Shown here: positions 20,069-29,459 of the stretch, piece by piece
Position numbering within the stretch: the first letter of the stretch is position 1
Layout: every line of letters starts with the position of its first letter
NCBI GenBank assembly: GCA_015523565.1
Contig: WAKA01000219.1
Location: forward strand, 1 to 60,373
Source: Candidatus Heimdallarchaeota archaeon
Lineage (GTDB): Archaea; Asgardarchaeota; Heimdallarchaeia; Heimdallarchaeales; Kariarchaeaceae
DNA length: 60,373 nt
Reading direction: 5' to 3'
The notes under the pieces: model-generated
Database searches by the model: none
What the model saw: only the letters and a program-made list of their open reading frames with translations
What the model was told of the DNA's origin: nothing
Program-made: the position numbers and the translations under genes

Positions 20069-21369
20069 GGGGAATGATTATGAAAATAGAGACAACAAAA
20101 GATGAATTTATTCGACAAGTTGAGATGGATTGGAAACAGAATCCCCGATGGAAAGCTGTAGAAAGACGATATTCGGCAGAGGATGTATGGTTGTTGAAGG
20201 GGACATTCCATGAAAGGCATAGCCTTGCAGAGTACGGAGCCAACAAACTCTGGAAATTATTGCACAACAGGACATATGTAAGGGCACTTGGTGCACTAAC
20301 GGGCAATCAGGCTCTTCAAATGGTTCAGGCTGGCTTAGAGGCAATTTATGTCAGTGGTTGGCAAGTGGCGGCTGATATGAATGAGGCTGGGGAAATGTAC
20401 CCTGATCAAAGCCTATATCCAGCAGACAGTGCACCAAAACTCGTCAAACGAATAAACAATGCCTTTCAGCGAATGGATCAAATCATGCATATGGAAGGGA
20501 AGAATGACAGGGATTGGTTTGTGCCAATTATTGCTGATGGTGAAGCTGGCTTTGGTGGCATTTTGAATGTGTATGAATTCATGAAGGCAATGATCAGGGC
20601 AGGTGCTGCAGGTGTCCATTTTGAGGATCAATTGTCTGCCTATAAAAAATGCGGGCATCTTGGTGGAAAGGTCTTGGTGAGTACACGATCATTCATTGAC
20701 ACATTGGTTTCTGCAAGACTTGCTTCTGACGTTTTAGGTGTTCCTACAATCTTGATTGCGAGAACTGATGCAAACAGTGCCACACTGCTCTTAAATGATA
20801 TCGATGAAAGAGACCATGAATTCATCAGCACTAAAAGAAGCCACGAAGGTTTCCATTATTACAATGGAGGTCTGGATGCAAGCATTGCAAGAGGGCTGGC
20901 TTTTGCTCCTTATGCGGATCTTCTCTGGTTTGAAACATCAAAACCAGACTTGGATGAAGCAAAACAATTTGCAACTGCTATCCACAGGGAATATCCTGGA
21001 AAGCTCTTGGCATATAACTGCTCCCCCTCATTCAATTGGGCAAAAGCCATGACAGCAGAAGAGGCAGAGGCATTCCAAGATGAACTTGGAAGGATGGGAT
21101 ACAAGTTCCAATTTGTTACATTGGCAGGATTCCATCAAAATAATTATGGAATGTTTGAACTTGCCTCTGGTTATCATGATCGAGGGATGGGGGCATATAT
21201 GGACTTACAGAAAAAGGAATTCGAAGCGGCAAAACATGGATATAAGGCAGTTAAGCATCAATCATTCGTTGGCACTTCCTATTTCGACATGGTTTCTTCC
21301 GTTGTTACAGCTGGCAACTCTGCAACAGTTGCTTTAGAAGGATCCACTGAAATAGAGCAATTTCATTAA
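20065..21369 (+). CDS. aceA: isocitrate lyase
   Basis: [26 protein letters not shown] and TLAGFH; overlaps aceB by 4 bp. Confidence 0.97.
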   Translation: MRGMIMKIETTKDEFIRQVEMDWKQNPRWKAVERRYSAEDVWLLKGTFHERHSLAEYGANKLWKLLHNRTYVRALGALTGNQALQMVQAGLEAIYVSGWQVAADMNEAGEMYPDQSLYPADSAPKLVKRINNAFQRMDQIMHMEGKNDRDWFVPIIADGEAGFGGILNVYEFMKAMIRAGAAGVHFEDQLSAYKKCGHLGGKVLVSTRSFIDTLVSARLASDVLGVPTILIARTDANSATLLLNDIDERDHEFISTKRSHEGFHYYNGGLDASIARGLAFAPYADLLWFETSKPDLDEAKQFATAIHREYPGKLLAYNCSPSFNWAKAMTAEEAEAFQDELGRMGYKFQFVTLAGFHQNNYGMFELASGYHDRGMGAYMDLQKKEFEAAKHGYKAVKHQSFVGTSYFDMVSSVVTAGNSATVALEGSTEIEQFH

Positions 21370-21388
21370 GAATTTCCATTAAATTTCT

Positions 21389-22216
21389 TTAATATTCATA
21401 GGCAATCTTCAATGCTGTGAGTGTTTCTTCAGAGAGATGCACTTGTTCAGCATTATGCCAAATTTTTGGATCAAGGAGTTGATCGGGTACTGATGGCAAT
21501 TCGTATCTAAGAATAAATCTAAGTACATCCTTGAGTGATGCCACCGTATTTTTCCAGTTTCCATGGTTCAGGGCTTTTTCAGCATCTTTGAACTCTGGCC
21601 AATCCCTTTCAATTCCAAGGTTGTTATATGCCGCTTTGGTCATATCCATAAGTTTTTTGGCGGTCTCTTCGTCATAATCTTGGTTAAGCTCAGGATAGTC
21701 TTTTCGTCTGTGTGTAACTGGCTGTCCTTCCAAAAGCCGTTTTTTTGCCAGTTCCAAGAATTTGAGGTTTTCATGATATGCATTTTTTGCCCAACTACTC
21801 TCTGGTTCTGGTGCGTCAAATTCCAGCAATTTTGTAAGTTCTGGGTTCCATTTCCACTCAATTGCACGTTGTTTCAGTTCATCAACAAATGGGTTTTTCT
21901 CAAACCAAACAATTGCATCCTTGAGAAATCTGAGTGTAAGGGATAAGGTTGTCAGTGCATTTGCATCGATTGGCTCAACGCTTAATTCGTATATCATGGC
22001 ATCCTTGTCATGTATCCAACAGTCTAATGTGAAGCCATCTCCAGGAAATTCAATGTGGGAAATTCCAACCAACTGATACTGTTTAATAACAACTACATCA
22101 ATGTCATTTACATCTGTTCCCTCTCCTCTTGCCCAAGCACCTACCAGCAGAATTGCAACAGTCTCATCATCTACAAGGTTATTAAGTGCATATTCTTTTG
22201 CCTTTTCAAGTATCAT
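21389..22216 (-). CDS. Pol-beta-superfamily nucleotidyltransferase domain protein
   Basis: LLVGAWARG...DIDVVV plus a helical C-terminus. Confidence 0.75.
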   Translation of the reverse strand: MILEKAKEYALNNLVDDETVAILLVGAWARGEGTDVNDIDVVVIKQYQLVGISHIEFPGDGFTLDCWIHDKDAMIYELSVEPIDANALTTLSLTLRFLKDAIVWFEKNPFVDELKQRAIEWKWNPELTKLLEFDAPEPESSWAKNAYHENLKFLELAKKRLLEGQPVTHRRKDYPELNQDYDEETAKKLMDMTKAAYNNLGIERDWPEFKDAEKALNHGNWKNTVASLKDVLRFILRYELPSVPDQLLDPKIWHNAEQVHLSEETLTALKIAYEY

Positions 22217-22386
22217 GGTTTACCAGCCACTGATTTGATTCGGGACAATAGTCAATAAAAACGTTGTCCCATCCCTTGTGATGTGCTTGAAATTATGCTG
22301 TGGAAATGAGGAATAAATGGGCAAATTCCTGTATTCATCCACAATTTACTTTATTAATCCCTTTAAACAAGAAATGGTGACTTTCC

Positions 22387-24345
22387 TTGCCAAATATTGA
22401 GGATATCAGAAATGTAAGCATAATTTCCCATGTGGATCATGGAAAAACAACATTGAGTGATCATCTTTTGGGAGAAGGTGGAAAGTTACCATCAAGACTA
22501 TTGGGCGAAGTCCGTGCATTGGATGAGCTGAAGGAGGAGCAGAAACGAGGAATTACTATTGAATCCAGCATTGCCTCACTTGATATACCTATCAATGAGG
22601 AACATACAATGCATCTCAATTTGATAGATACTCCTGGTCATGTGGACTTTTCAGGGAAAGTTGCTGAGGCTTTACGTTTGGTTGATGGCAGTGTTGTACT
22701 TGTTGACGCTGTTGAGGGCGTAATGGCACAAACCATGACTGTTTTGAGACAGGCGATGGCGGAACATATCCAACCTGTACTTGTGATAAACAAGATTGAT
22801 CGTCTCATTATGGAACTTGAACTGGATGAAAGGGGCATTCTTCATCGCATACAGGAAATTATTGCCCAAGTCACCCGAATTTGTAAAAATCTTGCCTTTG
22901 AGGGATTGGTTTACCCCAATTATGCCAAGGGAAGTGTTCTTTTGATAAGCGCTCTCGATGGATGGGGAATTGGCTCATTCATGGCGGAACGTACTGGTCT
23001 AACCATGAAGGACATTATTAATGCATATAAATCTGGAAATGAAAGTGAATTGAAGACTCGTCTCCCATTGGGGAAAGTTGTTTCTGAGGTTATTTACCGA
23101 TGTCTTCCCAGCCCCTTGGATGCTCAAATTATCCGTTTTCCAAATCTTTTCAAAGATAAATTGGCTCCTCCTGAATTACTGGAAGCAATTCATCAATGCT
23201 CACGACTAGGTCCTCCAATAGCTATTACAGGAAAGCTCCTGAAGATAGGCAAAAGTTCTGGTTTCGGGTCATTGGTTCGTATGCTTTCAGGTTCACTGAA
23301 GAGAGGTGATAAATTACATTCCTCCACCACAGACAAGATGGTGAAGGTGACTCGGGTTGTGAAAATATCTGGAAGAACTGTAAATGAGGTAAAGGAACTT
23401 TCTGCTGGTGATGTTGGTGCCATGGCCTTTTCTCCCCCCTTGCAGGCTGGTGATCTATTGCTTCCCTCAAAATATGAAAACGTGATGTTGAAAAACATCA
23501 GCTATGTTCAAGAACCGATTGTTGCCATAAGTATAGAGCCAAAAAACATCAAGGATCTCAACAGGCTTCCAGATATCCTTAAACAAATTGCGGATGCCAC
23601 CCCTGGTTTGGAATTTGAATTTGACACAGATACTGGTGAATTGATCGCAATGGGTGTAGGGATGCTCCAACTTGAAATTCTCAAGATTGACTTGGAGGAC
23701 TTGGGAATCAAGGTTGAAAGCTCCCCTCCAATGGTTCTGGCTTTTGAAGTGCCAAGATATAAAATTGAAATTGAACATCCCATGTGGGAAGGTATTTTCA
23801 TAGAGGCTGGTCCCTCTGAAACTATTGGTGTGGATTCAACTGATATTGTCCTCTATAAGGACAAGCACGATAACAGGTTATTGCTGGGCAAAAACTATAC
23901 CTTCTCCTCAGATACGCTTGAAGGAATGATGCAGACGTTCAGAAATGCAATGCGAGTATCTCCCCTAACCCGTGAAAAAATCAGGAACTTTACGCTTAAA
24001 TTAAGTGAGGGGACAAATTCAAAACCTGTCAGGAGTTATGAGAACGGAATTGTGTTAACTACCATGGCTATCAGGGAGTCGCTGAGACAAACAGGGGCAA
24101 TTGTCCATGAACCTTATTATCATGTTACAATTAATGTTCCTGATGAATACCTTGGTGCAATGATACAAGAATTGCAGAAAAGAGAGGCGACAATCAAGGA
24201 TATTACAAATATAGGTGGAATTAGTGTAATCAAGGCCATCATCCATATCAAGCAAATGACTGATGCCGCAGATGTATTTAGGCATTTGACAGATGGCAAT
24301 GTCTTTTGGAGCTATGACCGTGTGGAATTTCTGCCTAAACGTTAA
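22387..24345 (+). CDS. elongation factor 2 paralog (aEF-2p-like translational GTPase)
   Basis: HVDHGKT, RGITI, DTPGH, NKID and domain V (EPYY..VP...G) are present. It is short (652 aa) and has no diphthamide HRG loop. Confidence 0.85.
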   Translation: MPNIEDIRNVSIISHVDHGKTTLSDHLLGEGGKLPSRLLGEVRALDELKEEQKRGITIESSIASLDIPINEEHTMHLNLIDTPGHVDFSGKVAEALRLVDGSVVLVDAVEGVMAQTMTVLRQAMAEHIQPVLVINKIDRLIMELELDERGILHRIQEIIAQVTRICKNLAFEGLVYPNYAKGSVLLISALDGWGIGSFMAERTGLTMKDIINAYKSGNESELKTRLPLGKVVSEVIYRCLPSPLDAQIIRFPNLFKDKLAPPELLEAIHQCSRLGPPIAITGKLLKIGKSSGFGSLVRMLSGSLKRGDKLHSSTTDKMVKVTRVVKISGRTVNEVKELSAGDVGAMAFSPPLQAGDLLLPSKYENVMLKNISYVQEPIVAISIEPKNIKDLNRLPDILKQIADATPGLEFEFDTDTGELIAMGVGMLQLEILKIDLEDLGIKVESSPPMVLAFEVPRYKIEIEHPMWEGIFIEAGPSETIGVDSTDIVLYKDKHDNRLLLGKNYTFSSDTLEGMMQTFRNAMRVSPLTREKIRNFTLKLSEGTNSKPVRSYENGIVLTTMAIRESLRQTGAIVHEPYYHVTINVPDEYLGAMIQELQKREATIKDITNIGGISVIKAIIHIKQMTDAADVFRHLTDGNVFWSYDRVEFLPKR

Positions 24346-24398
24346 CTGTTCCAACTACCCAAAATTTTTATAATATACCCTACCTAGCCTAGATACAG

Positions 24399-25115
24399 AT
24401 GAGTAAGCTACTCAATGTCCAAGCCTACTGTGAACGTTGCAAAAAGACTGAACAAATTGCAGTTGATCTTTCCAGTGGCGATATCCAACAACATCTTTCA
24501 AGCCATTCTGGTGTTTATCCTATTTCTCTAACCCATGATGACCATTCAATTGTTGTTTTCATTGACGGGAATGGTGCCGCTCGAAGGGTGAATTATATTG
24601 ACCTAGTAAACCAGCGGATGGAATCCGCAGTCTCATCCCAAGCCTCAATCATTCTTAAAGCCGCTTTGCAGGAGAAAATCCATGGAACCATGTTTGTCAT
24701 TTCACAAAATCCAAAATTCAAGGATTTTATCATTGCACTTGGTCAGGTCTTGAACAACAACCTTTCATTTGATGAGGAATTCTCAATAGAATCCACAAAG
24801 GATCATGTTCTCTATAAAATACGCAACTATTCCATTTATCTTGGACCATTTGATTCATTTGCCCAATCACTTATGACCAAGAATGATGTCTTTTTCTATG
24901 AACTTTCAAATCTCGATCTTCCCCTCAAAAAAATCAAAAACCGAAAATCCCTGTTTCTTTTGTATAATTTACAGGAAATGATTAAACAAGGCACACAAGG
25001 GAAACTGAATGACTTTATACTCAACTACAAGCCTGATGGGATATATGACTTCCGCACAAGTGAGGATATCGCTGAAGCCATTTTCAAGGCATTAGAAGGC
25101 ATCTATGTCAGTTGA
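24399..25115 (+). CDS. hypothetical protein with N-terminal CxxC..HxDH Zn-binding-like domain
   Basis: CERC, GVY..LTHDDH..VFIDGNG..RR. Confidence 0.7.
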   Translation: MSKLLNVQAYCERCKKTEQIAVDLSSGDIQQHLSSHSGVYPISLTHDDHSIVVFIDGNGAARRVNYIDLVNQRMESAVSSQASIILKAALQEKIHGTMFVISQNPKFKDFIIALGQVLNNNLSFDEEFSIESTKDHVLYKIRNYSIYLGPFDSFAQSLMTKNDVFFYELSNLDLPLKKIKNRKSLFLLYNLQEMIKQGTQGKLNDFILNYKPDGIYDFRTSEDIAEAIFKALEGIYVS

Positions 25116-25755
25116 TCCCTAATTTTCTTTTGAGAAAACGTGCTGATTTTCGTCTCAACCCTATTCTTTTCCCTTTCGCAATACCTTTTTGCAGATTTCT
25201 CAAGACTTCTTCATGGCTTTCCACGTCTGGGATTTCTGTATAGGCAAATCCAAACTCAGAAATCCTATGTGAATCCGAATTTCCCAACTGGATATTATAC
25301 CGATTTCTTGCGAAACGTTTCGCCTGCCAATTGAATATTCCAAATAACGCAGAGGCATTCAGAATCTCCAATCCGTCAATTGCGGCATCCTGTATCTTTG
25401 CTCCTTTTCCAGAACGAAGCCGATCAAAAGGATGGGCGGCAATACATACTGCATCTTTATTTTCCGATTTGGCAAATTCTACACTTTCTTTCATTGTCAA
25501 GTTCTGTGGGACTTGTTTTATCCATCCTAAAACTAACAAGTGACCATCCTTTGTGGTCACTTCCTGCCCTGGTATCAAAATGACTTTTGTATCTGCTTGC
25601 AATTTTTCGATTTCCACATGGCTATCAATATTGTTATGGTCAGTAATTGCTATTGCACCGAATCCTTGTTTTTCTGCTTCCCTTATGTATGATTCAATGG
25701 GTACTGTGCTGTCCCAAGAGTATTTGGAATGCAGATGTAAGTCTATCTTCACCAC
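25108..25755 (-). CDS. PHP-domain metallophosphoesterase
   Basis: DLHLHS, ITDHN, GHLL, AHPF and NSDSH. Confidence 0.92.
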   Translation of the reverse strand: MVKIDLHLHSKYSWDSTVPIESYIREAEKQGFGAIAITDHNNIDSHVEIEKLQADTKVILIPGQEVTTKDGHLLVLGWIKQVPQNLTMKESVEFAKSENKDAVCIAAHPFDRLRSGKGAKIQDAAIDGLEILNASALFGIFNWQAKRFARNRYNIQLGNSDSHRISEFGFAYTEIPDVESHEEVLRNLQKGIAKGKRIGLRRKSARFLKRKLGIN

Positions 25756-25778
25756 TCTTTTTGGAGATAGGTCAGAAT

Positions 25779-27905
25779 TTATTGCTTTAGTTCCTTTCCT
25801 CTGTTATTTCTTTTCCTCTGCATTTTTTCATATTCGTCTGGGTCAAAATCATCATAACTTGGCTTTACCTTTTCAAACAGAAGTTTCCGTTCAAACCTAT
25901 AATTTTCCAATGCTGAAACAAATTGTTCAACAGTCTCAATCTTTTTCTGCCTTGACTTCCAGATTTCAAAATCATGTAATGCCTGTTCAAAATCTGCGGG
26001 ATCAATGATTGCCACTGTATCATAAATACTTATGTTATAGGGCTCAGCATCAATAAAAGGTATCTCATGAACCCTCAGAATTGCCTCTGCCTCTGGTGCA
26101 AATTGCGTGTCCTGTAGGAAGACCATTCTTGGACTGATATTCACTAGTCTATTTGCAGTTTGTGGACCTCCTCCTGAGGCATCCAATATGATGAGAATGT
26201 CTCCTTTTTCCAATCCTATTTCCTCTTCCAACCTGTCCAGCCATTTTTGAGAAAAGACAGGCAAAACCTTGATTGGATACTTGTTTTCTTGTGTAGAGAT
26301 CCACAAGGCTTTTTGAAGACTTTTGATACGATCCATCAGCTTTCTTTCCTTACGCGTATGCTTTGCCACTGCTTCTCGTAAGTACTTGATCTCTCTTGTT
26401 TTCTCTTGGACAAGTTGGTCACCTAATGCATCAATGACATTTGCATCCCTTGCCTTGAGCAATGCCTCATAAATATGTGATTTTTGTCGCCTTTCCTCTC
26501 CCAGCATGGTCTCAAGTGTCATCACTTGGTTCCTGAGGTATTCAATCGTTCCCTCGCTGGTTGCCAATGCTTTGAGCAGGTTATTGATCCTATTCATCAA
26601 CTGGATGGTTTGTTCATCAACATGTTCAGCCTTTATGGTTTCTTCTTGTGGTTCTACTGTTTGCCTTATTGATTGGACTGCTTGGACTGCATCACTTATT
26701 GTCAATCCCCTGATGACCAAACTCTTTACAATGTCCTTTTCACGATATGAAAGGTCAGGCAATCCCGAAATCTTCTGAAGTTTGGATGATATCATGTTGT
26801 ATGCCTTGACCACTGCTGACATCGCATCCAACTCATGGTTATTCCTGAAAGGTACTCCTGTTTTTTTAGCCAGTTCTCTTTTGTCACCTTTTGTCAGCTC
26901 AATCCTTGGGGAAAAGACCTCTGCATCAAAAGTGGCCGCCAACTTTGAGACCAAATGAGGTATGGGATATACATCTGCACAAAATGCAACGGGAATGCCA
27001 AATCCTGAAAGATATTGGATAATGTCGGCTTTTGTCATGTCCCTCTGGCTAAAGACATCTACAATGTCTCCATTAAGGTCCATGACCGCAATTCCTACAG
27101 TTGTTCCAGGATCAATTCCGACCAGCACTCTCCTGTGAAATGAGGGATGTTTCACATCAAACCGCATGGACAATGGACGACGTGTTATAACTTTCCGTGC
27201 AGGGCTGATGAATGAAATCTTGGCTGGTTTTAAATTCACCCCTGAAAAATATTCCCCAATTGCCGCTCTTGAAAGAAACGTATGGAACTTTGCATGTTTC
27301 AATCCATATTTTGTCCTTATCTCTGACAGATCATATGCCACATTATGCTTTTTAAGCACATCCTTCACTTTTTCAACGGCATGGAGAACCACTTCCTCGT
27401 TTTGACGGGCATATCGTTGTTGGGACCAGCCGCCTTTCCCTGTTCTTCTTGGCTGACCTATCCTGATAATGGTCTCGTCCTCAAACGGATCTATGATGGA
27501 TCCAATGCCCTTTTTCACCAGAAGTGCCAATCCCCTTGCAGTTTCCATAGGATTTGTCTTGCGTGTTGCAATGTTGTACTTCCTGAACAAGGATTTAATT
27601 GAAATGATTCTGCCGTTCTTCAAAGAATTGACATGCACGAGGTTTGTCATGGGAGGAAGCCTTTTGCAGAACTGTGCCAAGGATTCCCTTCGGAGCAAAA
27701 TCTCACGTGGATTGTCCGTTGCAAGGTATTTCGGCTTGAATGTATGGACGAGATGTAACAACTTGCGACGATTGATCTCTTCCCATTTCTTCTCAGATCC
27801 ATCTGCCTGCAGCAATGTTGCCGCAACCTTCAATTCCAAATCATTGTTATGGCTTGACATCGGAAGGATATCGAAAGCCATTACTGCATAACTGTCATCG
27901 GACAC
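25779..27905 (-). CDS. DUF460 family protein (RNase H-fold, coiled coil)
   Basis: LATDN, GKGGWSQQRY, VGIDPGTTVGIA and HELDA. Confidence 0.9.
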   Translation of the reverse strand: MSDDSYAVMAFDILPMSSHNNDLELKVAATLLQADGSEKKWEEINRRKLLHLVHTFKPKYLATDNPREILLRRESLAQFCKRLPPMTNLVHVNSLKNGRIISIKSLFRKYNIATRKTNPMETARGLALLVKKGIGSIIDPFEDETIIRIGQPRRTGKGGWSQQRYARQNEEVVLHAVEKVKDVLKKHNVAYDLSEIRTKYGLKHAKFHTFLSRAAIGEYFSGVNLKPAKISFISPARKVITRRPLSMRFDVKHPSFHRRVLVGIDPGTTVGIAVMDLNGDIVDVFSQRDMTKADIIQYLSGFGIPVAFCADVYPIPHLVSKLAATFDAEVFSPRIELTKGDKRELAKKTGVPFRNNHELDAMSAVVKAYNMISSKLQKISGLPDLSYREKDIVKSLVIRGLTISDAVQAVQSIRQTVEPQEETIKAEHVDEQTIQLMNRINNLLKALATSEGTIEYLRNQVMTLETMLGEERRQKSHIYEALLKARDANVIDALGDQLVQEKTREIKYLREAVAKHTRKERKLMDRIKSLQKALWISTQENKYPIKVLPVFSQKWLDRLEEEIGLEKGDILIILDASGGGPQTANRLVNISPRMVFLQDTQFAPEAEAILRVHEIPFIDAEPYNISIYDTVAIIDPADFEQALHDFEIWKSRQKKIETVEQFVSALENYRFERKLLFEKVKPSYDDFDPDEYEKMQRKRNNRGKELKQ

Positions 27906-28000
27906 ATTTAATCCTCACAGTCAAGTAACTGACTAATATGCCATGTACTTTCATGCTTATTTTATATTTTCATTTATGAAAACCAAAAACGCAGTGCTCT

Positions 28001-28888
28001 TTAATCTCCACACTCAAGAACCTGTTGCATTATTGATTTTGCATCCCTGCTTATCTTGTATTTCCTGTTGAAAAAGGTAAGTACGTTCTGTATGTCTCGC
28101 TGAAGAAGCTCTTTGGCATTGGGTGCCGTCTTTTCAACAGCTTGAGGCATATCTATAATTCTCACTTCACCATCACGTGTAATGATGATATTGTATTGCG
28201 AAAGATCCCCATGCACAAAATGAGCCTTACACCATGCGTCCTCAATGAATTGCAGGATGTCATTCAGGAATTCCTCAGGCTCATCCAGTTTCCTGATATC
28301 CAACAGGTCATAACCATCTATGTATTCCATGACAATAATATGCCTGTTGATTGCATATGGTTCTGGCACTGGCAAACCATGTTTTCTCGCAGCTTTCAAC
28401 CATTTGAACTCTTCATCAGCAGATAGTTTTGAGGCATAAAGGGCTGAAAGGTGGTGTTTATCGCTGGTATATCTTCTTTTCTTTCTTGTCTGTTGAAAAC
28501 TGGTGTAGCCGACCCTGTGGATTTTGACAATACATGTCTCCCCGTTTGCCCGTTGCCCATAGAAAACCTGGGATTCCTTTCCCATCCCCTTCTCATCACC
28601 AAGTGCAACAATTGCCCCCTGCTCATAGAGGCGATCCAATGCCAATGCATCATATCCTGTGGCTGTCAGCTCGTATCCCACAAAATGCCCCGTCCATCTT
28701 CTGACCATCCCGAATTTATGCAACCGTTGTAAGAGATACTCGGTTTTTTGCTTTGAAAACTTGCTATTGTCCATAATGCTTTCTATGCTTGCATATTGCC
28801 CATGCCTCATGCCATTTTCTATGGCAAGTAAAATCCTATAGTCCTGTCCCTTTAATTCCTTGAGATGCTTTGCCGCTTCGAGAACCAC
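28001..28888 (-). CDS. rio2: RIO2 serine/threonine kinase
   Basis: N-terminal wHTH (GY.LT..GYD.LAL), GKES, K.HR.G.TSF, HGDLS.YN and IIDMPQ. Confidence 0.93.
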   Translation of the reverse strand: MVLEAAKHLKELKGQDYRILLAIENGMRHGQYASIESIMDNSKFSKQKTEYLLQRLHKFGMVRRWTGHFVGYELTATGYDALALDRLYEQGAIVALGDEKGMGKESQVFYGQRANGETCIVKIHRVGYTSFQQTRKKRRYTSDKHHLSALYASKLSADEEFKWLKAARKHGLPVPEPYAINRHIIVMEYIDGYDLLDIRKLDEPEEFLNDILQFIEDAWCKAHFVHGDLSQYNIIITRDGEVRIIDMPQAVEKTAPNAKELLQRDIQNVLTFFNRKYKISRDAKSIMQQVLECGD

Positions 28889-28913
28889 GTAAACGTTATG
28901 GTCTTCCTGTATT

Positions 28914-29447
28914 TTATGCTTTTCTTTCTTTTCCCCCTACAATGCCGACATCCTCGATCGGCAGATCCAATCGGTCAAAATTCATCCCTACCCCTTTTGC
29001 CAATGTTTCCAACTCTTTCCAGTCCATGGATTTCCCCAATGCAGTGACAACAAGAATGCCACTTTTATCCAACACCCTCAGCATCTCCAGCAATCCTTTT
29101 TTCCTGTCAGGGTAATTCTGCAATGCTGAAAATGAAACCACCACTCCATATGCCCCTTTCCTGATTGGCAGATTCTCACCATCTCCTGCAATCCAATTAC
29201 ATTCACTGCAATGTGGAACTCCCTGTGCAAGTAGTCCAACAGATATATCAACCACATCCGTAATCCTGCCTGTCAGGCGTGCAAAAAGACCACTTCCCCC
29301 ACCCACATCAAGCGTTCTCACTTCCTGAAGCTCTATCTTCTTTAGCACATATTGGTACTTTTGGGATTGAATAGGTAAGTACCTGTCATCATAATGTGTA
29401 GCAGTCTCATTATAGAGAAATCTCATCCTTTCTTTTTTTTGTTCCAT
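28914..29447 (-). CDS. class I SAM-dependent methyltransferase
   Basis: LDVGGGSG, VDIS, GDGENLP and EMLRVL. Confidence 0.88.
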   Translation of the reverse strand: MEQKKERMRFLYNETATHYDDRYLPIQSQKYQYVLKKIELQEVRTLDVGGGSGLFARLTGRITDVVDISVGLLAQGVPHCSECNWIAGDGENLPIRKGAYGVVVSFSALQNYPDRKKGLLEMLRVLDKSGILVVTALGKSMDWKELETLAKGVGMNFDRLDLPIEDVGIVGGKERKA

Positions 29448-29459
29448 GGGATGTCCTTC

